Source of the DNA: Diplonema japonicum
Lineage: Eukaryota > Protista > Euglenozoa: Diplonemea
DNA length: 64,000 bases
NCBI GenBank assembly: GCA_964019335.1
Contig: OZ025729.1
Coordinates: forward strand, 372,001-436,000
Reading direction: 5' to 3'
Part shown: positions 1-10,400 of the stretch, one piece after another
Position numbering within the stretch: the first letter of the stretch is position 1
Layout: each line of letters starts with the position of its first letter
Made by a program: the position numbers and the translations under genes
The notes under the pieces: generated by a model
Told to the model about the DNA's origin: nothing
The model's input: the letters and a program-made list of their open reading frames with translations, nothing else
Database searches by the model: none

Positions 1-120
1 AAAAAAAATGAAGTCAAAGAAAACAAAGAAAAAAAAGAGGGAAAAAAAAAAAACATAAACCCCCATACCCTTCCCCCCCGTGTTTTTTTTAATAGGTTTT
101 TTTACTTTTCTATTTTTATT

Positions 121-683
121 CCTGCTGAGGAGGGAGGCGTTCGTCACATTTCCATTGAAGAAACAGAGAGCGCTTCATGGAAGTACGCGGTCGATAATCA
201 TGGGGGCGTAAACAAAATATCCAACCGATTGCGAATCTTCCAGAACTGGCGCAAGCACCACATTATATAAGCTTTGGGACTGCCAGGCGCACGGAAACAG
301 CTGATGATGGCGGAGATTACTGGTAACTTGCATAACTCGCACGGAAGACAATGGACTTCAATGTTCACCTGTAGAACAGGCCCTTCGAGAACGGGAAAAT
401 TGCTCAAGCCACGGCACTGAGGTGGTACTACAACACGGTTTGAGGCAACAGTACCTCCCGCGACTGGTCCCGCACGTCATCCAATGGCTCTCTGCCCTTC
501 ACCAGCTGCGTCAGGCACGTTGGATTACTACAACGGCTCCATAAGGGGCTGCTCCTCTCGACTGGTGTTCGCCTCCCCGGCAACCCGCCACATCCTTGAA
601 AGACAGGTTTTATACCTTAGGTACCGAGGGTGAGCGAAGGGCCGAAGGCCACACCACAGCAGAAATGTTCGAACAAGAGATAA
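121..683 (+). mobile_element. Decayed 3' remnant of the non-LTR retrotransposon group seen at 23031 and 50137
   Basis: Broken-frame peptides LWDCQA (cf. LWDCEL/LWECEV), VIQWLSALH (cf. VLRWLAALR) and GCSSRLVFASPATRHILER (cf. GFDRRALFASGLTATKLK) occur in the same order as in the LINE C-terminus; ends at a T-run. Confidence 0.6.
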
Positions 684-764
684 GTTTTTTTTTTTACTTT
701 TTTTTTATTTTACAGGTGGAACCTTCAACAAATTCAACTAGGTATAGAGGAAAAAAAAACCACA

Positions 765-2477
765 ATGGTGATGTGTTCCTACATATTGCTCCCAACAGAT
801 GACAACCTAGTGGTGTTCATGAAGAAGCTGCTGCTGACGTGCTTCTCACTGGTCTTTGGGTTTCAAGTTATAGCCATTGTGATGTCAGGCCCGGAGCTGT
901 TCAGATTGATTCACGGTTGTGTGGCACTTTTTTTTTTAATTCAGCTTTTGGTGGAGAAAAGAGTGCGGCCTTTGTTAGTGGAAGCCTTCATGATCTGTGA
1001 AGGCGTTCTCATCATGCATGGTGACTTAGCCACAGCCGTGCAGCCTGATAAAGTCAGAGCGTGGCCGTACTTCGTTCTTTTGATTGATGTGTGCCTTGTG
1101 TTCCGGCTTCCAAAGCGAGTTCCCACCAGTCTCATCGTAATGCTCTTAAGTTGGTTGCTCGTTCTTGCTTTCGAGAACACCTATCGCTTTGGACTTTACG
1201 ACTTCTCTTCTCTCCCTTCGCAGGATGAGCGACGGGAGAAAGTGGACTGTGATGTCCTGCCCTGTAGGATGAAATTAAGCGGCAGCTTGCAGATGCTCGT
1301 AGGACAGGCGATCATTCTTTTGCTAGATTTCTACTTCACCCGCAAGTTTGCAAGAAGCCTCCACTTGGAGCACGACAAGATGAGCGCGGCAATCGCCGCC
1401 ACTGAGGACATCGCGACGTCGCTGTCCCGATTCGACCTCACCTCTGCCGAGGAGATCATCTCAACAGCCTCCCTCCCCGCCCCACTCCATGCCGCATTTA
1501 CCCAGATCCTCAACAACCTCCAAATATATCGTCCCTACCTCCCTCAGTCCTGCCTTCAACAAGACAAACAGTACAGTGATCCTGATTCCCATCCCGACAC
1601 CTCCCTAAGTGATCATGTAACACCCAAAAGGGCTTGCCCGACTTCTTTAACGACATTCGAAAAGAAGCGGTGCACATTGACGGTGACGAACATGCTTGGG
1701 TCACACAAGCAGGCATCGAAAGACATCGCGGCATACCAGGACAGGTACGGACTCTTCATGGGGGAGCTGCTTGCCTGCTTCTCAAGTGCGGCGGGGGTTG
1801 TGGGTGTTGTTCTGGGTGACCATGTGCATGCCTCGTTCAACACAGTGAAGAGGTGTGCCTCCCATGAGAAGTGTGCTGTTCAAAGTGCTGTGTCCCTCTG
1901 TGCAGCACTGGAGAAGGGGGAAATAGCTGTTTCGACAGGTGTGGCGAGCGGGGTAGCCTTCTGCGGCTCTCTTGGGTGCTCGGAACTCATGTCTGTTGCA
2001 ACAATCGGTCCCTGTGCTGTTGCGGCCTCCGCTCTTCAGGAAGTAGCTTCAACAAGAGGAGGCCACAGGGTGGTGTGCAGTGGGAATGTGTACAGCGAAT
2101 TGTCATTCAGCTTCACAATGAGGATCATCTTGGGTAGGGTGCGGGTCGGGGGCACAGAGGCAGTGGATCTGGCATACGAGGTCTTGGAGGCAGAGGGCAG
2201 GGCTACGGCGGAGGCGGAGTGGATGTACCAACTGGAGGAGGGGCCTTGGGACACTTACAACACGGCATCTAAACAGTTCCTTCTTGGGAACAAAACGGAG
2301 GCACTTCGTGTCTTGCAGATCAAGAGGCCCCCCCGCTCTATTCCAGTGGACACAGCAGAGGAACACTTGGAAGAGTTCATTCTTTCTGGTAGTACTGTGC
2401 ATGATTGTGCGATTCTAAATAGGGCTTGTGGTGTTTCTAGTTCTGACCTAGTTCAGTCCGCCTTTCTAGATGGATGA
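765..2477 (+). CDS. Multi-TM membrane protein with degenerate class III adenylate/guanylate cyclase domain (copy 1)
   Basis: 570 aa; ~6 hydrophobic segments, linker LNNL..YRPYLPQS, cyclase-like LGDHVHASFN and STGVASG..CGSLG, EWMYQLEE motif; polypyrimidine-AG at ~715. Confidence 0.8.
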   Translation: MVMCSYILLPTDDNLVVFMKKLLLTCFSLVFGFQVIAIVMSGPELFRLIHGCVALFFLIQLLVEKRVRPLLVEAFMICEGVLIMHGDLATAVQPDKVRAWPYFVLLIDVCLVFRLPKRVPTSLIVMLLSWLLVLAFENTYRFGLYDFSSLPSQDERREKVDCDVLPCRMKLSGSLQMLVGQAIILLLDFYFTRKFARSLHLEHDKMSAAIAATEDIATSLSRFDLTSAEEIISTASLPAPLHAAFTQILNNLQIYRPYLPQSCLQQDKQYSDPDSHPDTSLSDHVTPKRACPTSLTTFEKKRCTLTVTNMLGSHKQASKDIAAYQDRYGLFMGELLACFSSAAGVVGVVLGDHVHASFNTVKRCASHEKCAVQSAVSLCAALEKGEIAVSTGVASGVAFCGSLGCSELMSVATIGPCAVAASALQEVASTRGGHRVVCSGNVYSELSFSFTMRIILGRVRVGGTEAVDLAYEVLEAEGRATAEAEWMYQLEEGPWDTYNTASKQFLLGNKTEALRVLQIKRPPRSIPVDTAEEHLEEFILSGSTVHDCAILNRACGVSSSDLVQSAFLDG

Positions 2478-2563
2478 ACAGGTTGTGACGATCTGCTTAT
2501 TTGTTTTATTAAAGAAACAGCGTAGCCTGAGCATAGGTTGCAAGGTATGCTTAAAAGAATAAC

Positions 2564-2658
2564 TACTGTAAACCGAATACTGTCGGACGGAAAAAGTCCC
2601 GGACACCAAAAAAAAAACCCGGACAGTTTTCCGTCCGGGAGTTTTTCGTTTTACAGTA
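2564..2658. mobile_element. MITE with TACTGTAAA/TTTACAGTA termini
   Basis: Terminal inverted repeats with TA ends, internal CCGGAC repeats; reverse complement matches 58569-58640. Confidence 0.65.
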
Positions 2659-2660
2659 TT

Positions 2661-2807
2661 TATTAAATGAAAATAAAGTTGCATTATTTCGCGTGGTGGC
2701 AGGGGGTTTAACGAGATGGGATCTTACTTCACGAGCGAAGCGAGTGTAGTAGAAATTTCGAGTTAAACGCGCCACGAGTGAAATAATGCACTTATTTTCA
2801 TTTAATA
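2661..2807. mobile_element. Palindromic MITE-like element
   Basis: tattaaatgaaaataaagttgcattatttc.. is inverted at ..gaaataatgcacttattttcatttaata; central cacgagcgaagcgagtg hairpin. Confidence 0.6.
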
Positions 2808-3372
2808 TGTTGTTTTATTTAATAAGAGCTGAGTTTGAAAGGGTGGGAGGTTACAGGTTACAAGAAGAAATCAAAACTGAGAGGCAGCAAAAAGGTCGGG
2901 TATTACAAGCTGCAAAGGGGGATTTCAAGTTACCAATTCTCGTTAGTTTTACATTAATGTTGATGTCGAGGCTTATCCTGTGCAACAATGGCCTACCCCT
3001 GGAACCATCTGAGATGCATGCATGGTAAATGTGGGGCCCACTTGCAGCAGTTTACCTAAAGGAACAACGGGAAAAAAAAGGGGGGGGAAAGGAGCAACCC
3101 GTGCCATTTTTTCGGCTGTGTAAATTTGACTCATTGCGTGCCAACGCGCCTTCCTATGGAATTACGAGGCCCCCCCCCAAAAAAAAGAAATGGGGTAGGA
3201 TGGTTCTGTCCTCCCGCCTGAAAAGAAGTTTCGTTTCCTGACTAGCGTCTTCGAGACGTGTTCATACCCATCGCCTTAAGCTTTCTTACCATCGTTTTCT
3301 GTGTCCCACCCTTGAAAACCCGGCTCTAATTAAATAAACGAAAAAATAAATAGCTTGTACTTCCACACAAAA

Positions 3373-5091
3373 ATGGTGCGGTGTTCCCCACTTTCCTACA
3401 TATTGCTCCCAACAGATGGCGACCTTGTGGTGTTCATGAAGAAGGTGCTGCTGACGTGCTTCTCACTGGTCATTCTGTTTCAGGCCGTAGCTACTATATT
3501 GAAAGGCGTGGATACGTACAGGATGATTCATGGCAGTGTGTCACTTGTTTTTTTAATTCAGCTTTTGGTGGAGAAAAGAGTGCGGCCTTTGTTAGTGGAA
3601 GCCTTCATGATCTGTGAAGGCATTCTCGTCATCTTCGTTGACTTAGCCACAGCCGTGCAGCCCGATAGGGTCAGAGCGTGGCCGTACTTCGTTCTTTTGA
3701 TTGATTTGTGCCTTGTGTTCCGGCTTCCAAAGCGAGTTCCCACCAGTCTCATCGTAATGCTCTTAAGTTGGTTGCTCGTTCTTGCTTTCGAGAACACCTA
3801 TCGCTTCGGGCTTTACGACTTCTCTTATCTCACTTCGCAGGATGAGCGACGGGAGGACGTGGACTGTGATACCTTGCCCTGTAGGATAAAGTTAAGCGGC
3901 AGCTTGCAGATGCTCGTAGGACAGGCGAACATTCTCTTGCTAGATTTCTACTTCACCCGCAGGTTTGCAAGAAGCCTCCACTTGGAGCACGACAAGATGA
4001 GCGCGGCAATCGCCGCCACTGAGGACATCGCGACGTCGCTGTCCCGATTCGACCTCACCTCTGCCGAGGAGATCATCTCAACAGCCTCCCTCCCCGCCCC
4101 ACTCCATGCCGCATTTACCCAGATCCTCAACAACCTCTACATCTATCGTCCCTACCTCCCTCAGTCCTGCCTTCAACAAGACAAACAGTACAGTGATCCT
4201 GATTCCCATCCCGACACCTCCCTAAGTGATCATGTAACACCCAAAAGGGCTTATCCGACTTCTTTAACGACATTCGAAAAGAAGCGGTGCACATTGACGG
4301 TGACGAACATGCTTGGGTCACACAAGCAGGCATCGAAAGACATCGCGGCATACCAGGACAGGTACGGACTCTTCATGGGGGAGCTGCTTGCCTGCTTCTC
4401 AAGTGCGGCGGGGGTTGTGGGTGTTGTTCTGGGTGACCATGTGCATGCCTCGTTCAACACAGTGAAGAGGTGTGCCTCCCATGAGAAGTGTGCTGTTCAA
4501 GGTGCTGTGTCCCTCTGTGCAGCACTGGAGGGGGAAATAGCTGTTTCGACAGGTGTGGCGAGCGGGGTAGCCTTCTGCGGCTCTCTTGGGTGCTCGGAAC
4601 TCATGTCTGTTGCAACAATCGGTCCCTGTGCTGTTGCGGCCTCCGCTCTTCAGGAAGTAGCTTCAACAAGAGGAGGCCACAGGGTGGTGTGCAGTGGGAA
4701 TGTGTACAGCGAATTGTCATTCAGCTTCACAATGAGGATCATCTTGGGTAGGGTGCGGGTCGGGGGCACAGAGGCAGTGGATCTGGCATACGAGGTCTTG
4801 GAGGCAGAGGGCAGGGCTACGGCGGAGGCGGAGTGGATGTACCAACTGGAGGAGGGGCCTTGGGACACTTACAACACGGCATCTAAACAGTTCCTTCTTG
4901 GGAACAAAACGGAGGCACTTCGTGTCTTGCAGATCAAGAGGCCCCCCCGCTCTATTCCAGTGGACACAGCAGAGGAACACTTGGAAGAGTTCATTCTTTC
5001 TGGTAGTACTGTGCATGATTGTGCGATTCTAAATAGGGCTTGTGGTGTTTCTAGTTCTGACCTAGTTCAGTCCGCCTTTCTAGATGGATGA
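3373..5091 (+). CDS. Multi-TM degenerate nucleotide cyclase (copy 2)
   Basis: Tandem paralog, near-identical to copy 1 except in the N-terminal TMs; first ATG at 3373. Confidence 0.8.
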   Translation: MVRCSPLSYILLPTDGDLVVFMKKVLLTCFSLVILFQAVATILKGVDTYRMIHGSVSLVFLIQLLVEKRVRPLLVEAFMICEGILVIFVDLATAVQPDRVRAWPYFVLLIDLCLVFRLPKRVPTSLIVMLLSWLLVLAFENTYRFGLYDFSYLTSQDERREDVDCDTLPCRIKLSGSLQMLVGQANILLLDFYFTRRFARSLHLEHDKMSAAIAATEDIATSLSRFDLTSAEEIISTASLPAPLHAAFTQILNNLYIYRPYLPQSCLQQDKQYSDPDSHPDTSLSDHVTPKRAYPTSLTTFEKKRCTLTVTNMLGSHKQASKDIAAYQDRYGLFMGELLACFSSAAGVVGVVLGDHVHASFNTVKRCASHEKCAVQGAVSLCAALEGEIAVSTGVASGVAFCGSLGCSELMSVATIGPCAVAASALQEVASTRGGHRVVCSGNVYSELSFSFTMRIILGRVRVGGTEAVDLAYEVLEAEGRATAEAEWMYQLEEGPWDTYNTASKQFLLGNKTEALRVLQIKRPPRSIPVDTAEEHLEEFILSGSTVHDCAILNRACGVSSSDLVQSAFLDG

Positions 5092-5124
5092 ACAGGTTGT
5101 GACGATATTTTGCCTTTTTTTTAT

Positions 5125-5165
5125 GGTGGGCCGTTGCTAACCACTTCGTTTCCTATCATAGCGAA
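5125..5165 (+). repeat. ~40-nt LINE 3'-terminal tag
   Basis: ggtgggccgttgctaaccacttcgtttcctatcatagcgaa matches the LINE end at 53598-53637; flanked by T-runs; absent from the matching 3' region of copy 3. Confidence 0.8.
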
Positions 5166-5324
5166 TTTCTTTTTCGAAATTTCTGAAAAACAGCATTCAC
5201 ACCATTTGTTTCGTCTGCGCCGTCCTTGCCGGCCTCCCCGTCATCCTGTTTGGCTTATACACTCCTAAAAGGTGGTTGCAAGGTATGCTTAGAAAGAAAG
5301 TATTGCTTGTACTTCCACACAAAA

Positions 5325-6998
5325 ATGGTGCGGTGTTCCCCACTGTCTTACATATTGCTCCCAACAGATGACGACCTTGTGGTGTTCACGAAGAAGGTGC
5401 TGCTGGTGTGCGTCTCACTGGTTTTTATATTTCAGGCTGTAGCCACTATTTTGACAGGCGTGGAGGTCTTTAGGATGGTTCAAGTCTGCGTGTCACTTGT
5501 TTTTTTAATTCAGCTTTTGGTGGAGAAAAGAGTGCGGCCTTTGTTAGTGGAAGCCTTCATGATTTGTGAAGGCATTCTCGTCATATACACTGACTTAGCC
5601 ACAGCCGTGCAGCCCGATAGGGTCAGAGCGTGGCCGTACTTCGTTCTTTTGATTGATGTGTGCCTTGTGTTCCGGCTTCCAAAGCGAGTTCCCACCAGTC
5701 TCATTGTAATGCTCGTAGGTTGGTTGCTCGTTCTTGCTTTCGAGAACACCTATCGCTTTGGACTTTACGACTTCTCTTCTCTCCCTTCGCAGGATGAGCG
5801 ACGGGAGAAAGTGGACTGTGATGTCCTGCCCTGTAGGATGAAATTAAGCGGCAGCTTGCAGATGCTCGTAGGACAGGCGGTCGTTCTCTTGCTAGATTTC
5901 TACTTCACCCGCAAGTTTGCAAGAAGCCTCCACTTGGAGCACGACAAGATGAGCGCGGCAATCGCCGCCACTGAGGACATCGCGACGTCGCTCTCCCGAT
6001 TCGACCTCACCTCTGCCGAGGAGATCATCTCAACAGCCTCCCTCCCCGCCCCACTCCATGCCGCATTTACCCAGATCCTCAACAACCTCCAAATATATCG
6101 TCCCTACCTCCCTCAGTCCTGCCTTCAGGACAAACAGTACAATAATCCTGATTCCTATCCTGACACCTCCAACCTAAGTGAAGTAAAACCCAAACCATTC
6201 GAAAAGAAGCGGACTTCTTTAACGACATTCGAAAAGAAGCGGTGCACATTGACGGTGACGAACATGCTTGGGTCGCACAAGCAGGCATCAAAAGACATCG
6301 CGGCATACCAGGACAGGTACGGACTCTTCATGGGGGAGCTGCTTGCCTGCTTCTCAAGTGCGGCGGGGGTTGTGGGTGTTGTTCTGGGTGACCATGTGCA
6401 TGCCTCGTTCAACACAGTGAAGAGGTGTGCCTCCCATGAGAAGTGTGCTGTTCAAAGTGCTGTGTCCCTCTGTGCAGCACTGGAGAAGGGGGAAATAGCT
6501 GTTTCGACAGGTGTGGCGAGCGGGGTAGCCTTCTGCGGCTCTCTTGGGTGCTCGGAACTCATGTCTGTTGCAACAATCGGTCCCTGTGCTGTTGCGGCCT
6601 CCGCTCTTCAGGAAGTAGCTTCAACAAGAGGAGGCCACAGGGTGGTGTGCAGTGGGAATGTGTACAGCGAATTGTCATTCAGCTTCACAATGAGGATCAT
6701 CTTGGGTAGGGTGCGGGTCGGGGGCACAGAGGCAGTGGATCTGGCATACGAGGTCTTGGAGGCAGAGGGCAGGGCTACGGCGGAGGCGGAGTGGATGTAC
6801 CAACTGGAGGAAAGGCCTTGGGACACTTACAACACGGCATCTAAACAGTTCCTTCTTGGGAACAAAACGGAGGCACTTCGTGTCTTGCAGATCAAGAGGC
6901 CCCCCCGCCCTATTCCAGTGGACACAGCAGAGAGATGCTTGGAAGATTTCATTCTTTCTGGTAGTACTATACATGATTGTGCGATTCTAAGTAGGTAA
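5325..6998 (+). CDS. Multi-TM degenerate nucleotide cyclase (copy 3, slightly shorter C-terminus)
   Basis: Tandem paralog; ATG at 5325; early TAA followed by a remnant of the ancestral end (cagtccacctttctagatggatga). Confidence 0.8.
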   Translation: MVRCSPLSYILLPTDDDLVVFTKKVLLVCVSLVFIFQAVATILTGVEVFRMVQVCVSLVFLIQLLVEKRVRPLLVEAFMICEGILVIYTDLATAVQPDRVRAWPYFVLLIDVCLVFRLPKRVPTSLIVMLVGWLLVLAFENTYRFGLYDFSSLPSQDERREKVDCDVLPCRMKLSGSLQMLVGQAVVLLLDFYFTRKFARSLHLEHDKMSAAIAATEDIATSLSRFDLTSAEEIISTASLPAPLHAAFTQILNNLQIYRPYLPQSCLQDKQYNNPDSYPDTSNLSEVKPKPFEKKRTSLTTFEKKRCTLTVTNMLGSHKQASKDIAAYQDRYGLFMGELLACFSSAAGVVGVVLGDHVHASFNTVKRCASHEKCAVQSAVSLCAALEKGEIAVSTGVASGVAFCGSLGCSELMSVATIGPCAVAASALQEVASTRGGHRVVCSGNVYSELSFSFTMRIILGRVRVGGTEAVDLAYEVLEAEGRATAEAEWMYQLEERPWDTYNTASKQFLLGNKTEALRVLQIKRPPRPIPVDTAERCLEDFILSGSTIHDCAILSR

Positions 6999-7485
6999 GT
7001 CAATATCAGTCCACCTTTCTAGATGGATGAACAGCTAGTACCTTTTATTTTATTTTTTTTTTACAATAGCAGTTGTCACACCATTTGTTTCGTTTTTGTC
7101 AATTTACGCCTTCAGGCGGCTTAGTAGGGGCCAGCTCGCACTTTTTGACCAGAGCGCGGAGGCGCTGCTTTGTAGGAAGTATGACAAGAGGATGTCGTCT
7201 GGCCTGGTCCTCGCGGATGCAGTAGCGAAGGAGGGAGGAATTAGACCCTGTCTGAGGTGTCAGTTTTATTAAATTTCTCCTGTTGAATCTGCTGCGCAGG
7301 TTGCGTTGGGGCAGTGATTACTCGCAGGCACTTAAAACGAGAAGGTGGCCGCTTTATCAATAGTTCTGTCAGTAAATTGCCTGTCAACGTGGCGTTTGTT
7401 TTTGTAAGATGTTGCTATAAAGAAATAATATAAAAGGTCACCTTCTCCCCTCCTCCCTTTTCTCTTCCTCAATGGTAACCTAACA

Positions 7486-10400
7486 ATGAACGACTTCGCA
7501 AAGGACACAGCGCAGGTGGCGGGTATCAAGGTCAGTGCAATGCCGGCTCTGGTGGTCCTAGTTGTCGGAGTACAGGCAGTGGCCTTGGGAATCATGATGG
7601 GAGCAGTAGCAGGTACAGGTGAAGACACCACTATAGACAGCTTCCCAGAGCAGTGGAAACAAGAGATCACAGCGACGAAAATGGCTTCCGAGGCACTGCT
7701 ACAACTTGCGAACACCGACCGCACCAGGTTTTGTACTGGCCCTGGGAAAGCACTAATCGAAGCCTCCCTGCACCAAATGGTTCTACAAGCAGCCCTGTCC
7801 CAAGGGTGCATATTCAAAACAGACCCGGCCACGCCCCAATGGAAATCAGGAGAGCTGTCTGTGACCTTTGACACTGTATACTACACTAAAGGGCTGACGT
7901 CGAACAGTGTCTTCACACATCTTGGAGCAGAATGGAAGTATAAAAAGGAAGAAGGGTTCAAGCCAACGGCAGTGGCCATATTGGTAGTTGGAACCGTGCT
8001 GAGTGGTTTGGTTTTGGATGTGATGCTTGTGATGTTTGTGAAGAAGGGGTTTTTGAAGCCGATAAAGGAACTTACCCAGTATGTAGAGTCTCAACAGGCG
8101 GCAGGGGCTCCGTTTGAAGACACCGTTTTGAATATTGTGGAGTGCAGGGTGTTGGTGGACAAGGTGGTGGAGGTGTGTGCAGACCTGAATGCCGCGTCGA
8201 ATTTTGTTCCCGAGATGCCGACGTTTGTGGAGAATGAGGATCACGATGCGACGTATACATCTGTCAGGTTTTCCGTTGCTGCGCCGACGACGTCACGGAG
8301 AACAACACTGTCCGTTGCACGCGAAGTTTCATCAGCCCAAGCCACCGCGACCGTTATGTGCGTTAAGATTATCTATACCGATTTATACCCACGATTCGTC
8401 ACCGCCTCCGAGGAGTTCCACCGCTTATCGTGCATCATCTTAACCGTCGTTACAGATAAGGTACGTGACACTGCTGGCTGCATTGTCGGTGCTTCTTCCG
8501 ACCAGCTTTTTGCGTACTGGCTCGCGCCCTCTATTTCTCCCTTCCGCATTACTTTATGCATTTCGGAATCCATTGCACGCCGTCAGAACGAACAAATCTC
8601 GGACGACCTCCCAACCGCCTTGACCGGATTCGGTTTATCGTATGGTGATGTAATGTGCTGTACGGTTGGGTCAGAAACGTACCGCGCGCCTGCTGTCATG
8701 GGTCGTGCTGTTGAAGAGGCTGAGATATGTGCAAGGGCGTCGGTGGAGCTCAATTGCAGCCTGTCCATTTCGGAGAAATTTCAGAAGGAGAACCACATCG
8801 ACAATGCCTCGTACCTGATGCTGCCCATTGACTACTACGTGTCCGATACGATCTGCACGAAAATCTATAAGGTGGTTGATCTGGACGAGGCCGGTCACGA
8901 CGCACAGGCTTTGTACGAGCCGTACCAGGCCGCGTTCGCCAGCTATTTGAATTACGACTTCGGGGAGTGCGAGATCTTTCTGAACGACTTTCTAGAATCG
9001 CTTCCGGAGGACATTCTGGGAAACAGGTTGCGGGAGTTAGTACACAGATTGTCATCCATGCCCGAGAGCCAAAATATACGAATGGGGTGCAAACAGTCGG
9101 TTTTGGTACCACTATGCGAAGCAGAATCATACCCAAATGCCGCGCAAGAATCGTCCTTATCAACACTAGGGGAAGAGGTATCTTCCGTCGGCGAAGATTG
9201 CGGATCGGAAATGAGCTCCTCCTTGGCAGCGACGCAGCGGGCAATGAGACATCCGTCTGAGTTTAGTCAGAGTAGCAAGCCGTCCGATTCCGTGAAGAGA
9301 AAGTCGAATAAAAACCCCCTTTCGTCCCTCTTGTCTGACAAGCGGGAGGAGATCGCCCAGCTACGCAGAGGGATAAGGTCCCACATGGACATGTCTTCTG
9401 CGGCAGGAGCCAGGAGCGTACCTGGTTCTAGAAGAGTATCCACGGACGTTGAGAAAAAACCTGCCCCTGTAGTACCGAGAGCGGTATATGTGACAGATGA
9501 GCAGCTGGGACATGAGACAAAACTGAAGGCGAAGGTGAATCGATTGAAATTGTGGAACGCGCTGACACTGATGCTGCTCATATACAACTCATTCGTCGTG
9601 CCTCTCCGGTGGGGTTTCAATTATGTGAACGTTCACCCCGCGATCATCGCCATGAATTTCATATTGGACGTGGCCATTTACTACACAAAGATATTCCTCA
9701 CCAGCACCACGCCGTACGAGGAAGGGACACATTGGGTTGAGGACCCACATCTCATATTCGAGCACTATAGGAAGAACGGATTCTACATGGATGTGGTCGC
9801 ATGTTTCCCGGTCGAACTGCTGGCGCTCTCCTGGGAGGAGTCGAAGCGTAACGCGGTGTTCCTGCCCCACTACCGTTGGAACCGTGTCATCAACATCATC
9901 CACCTCCCGAGCCACTTCAACGATTTCTTCGCGAACTATTTCCCGGGGCTGTCCCCGATTCTGATCCGGATCCAACAGGCGTTGATCTGCATTTTTTTCA
10001 TCGTGCACATCATCTCGTGCACGTTCAATGTGATTCTGACCCACGAAAGGGGTTGGGAAGGCTCTTGGTTCCCATATGAGAACTATGAAGAGAACTCAGG
10101 GCTTTTAAAGTACGTACTGTCCGTCGATTGGTCTGTTCGAACCGTCTCGGGCTACGGGCATCGTCTACCAGCAACGGATATTCAGGTTTTGTACACTACT
10201 GTGGTTTGTGTGGTAGGGTTTGCGTTGTTCGCGACCGTTCTCGCGTACTGTACAACGTTGGTGTCGTCGCTGGGCGCGCAGGAGAACCAATTCCGACAGA
10301 AGGTCGAAGAGATCCGAGATTACTTCCGTCACGCCAAGAACAACTCGGGGATGATGGACGAAATTATATGTTACTACAAATACATATGGAAGACCAACAG

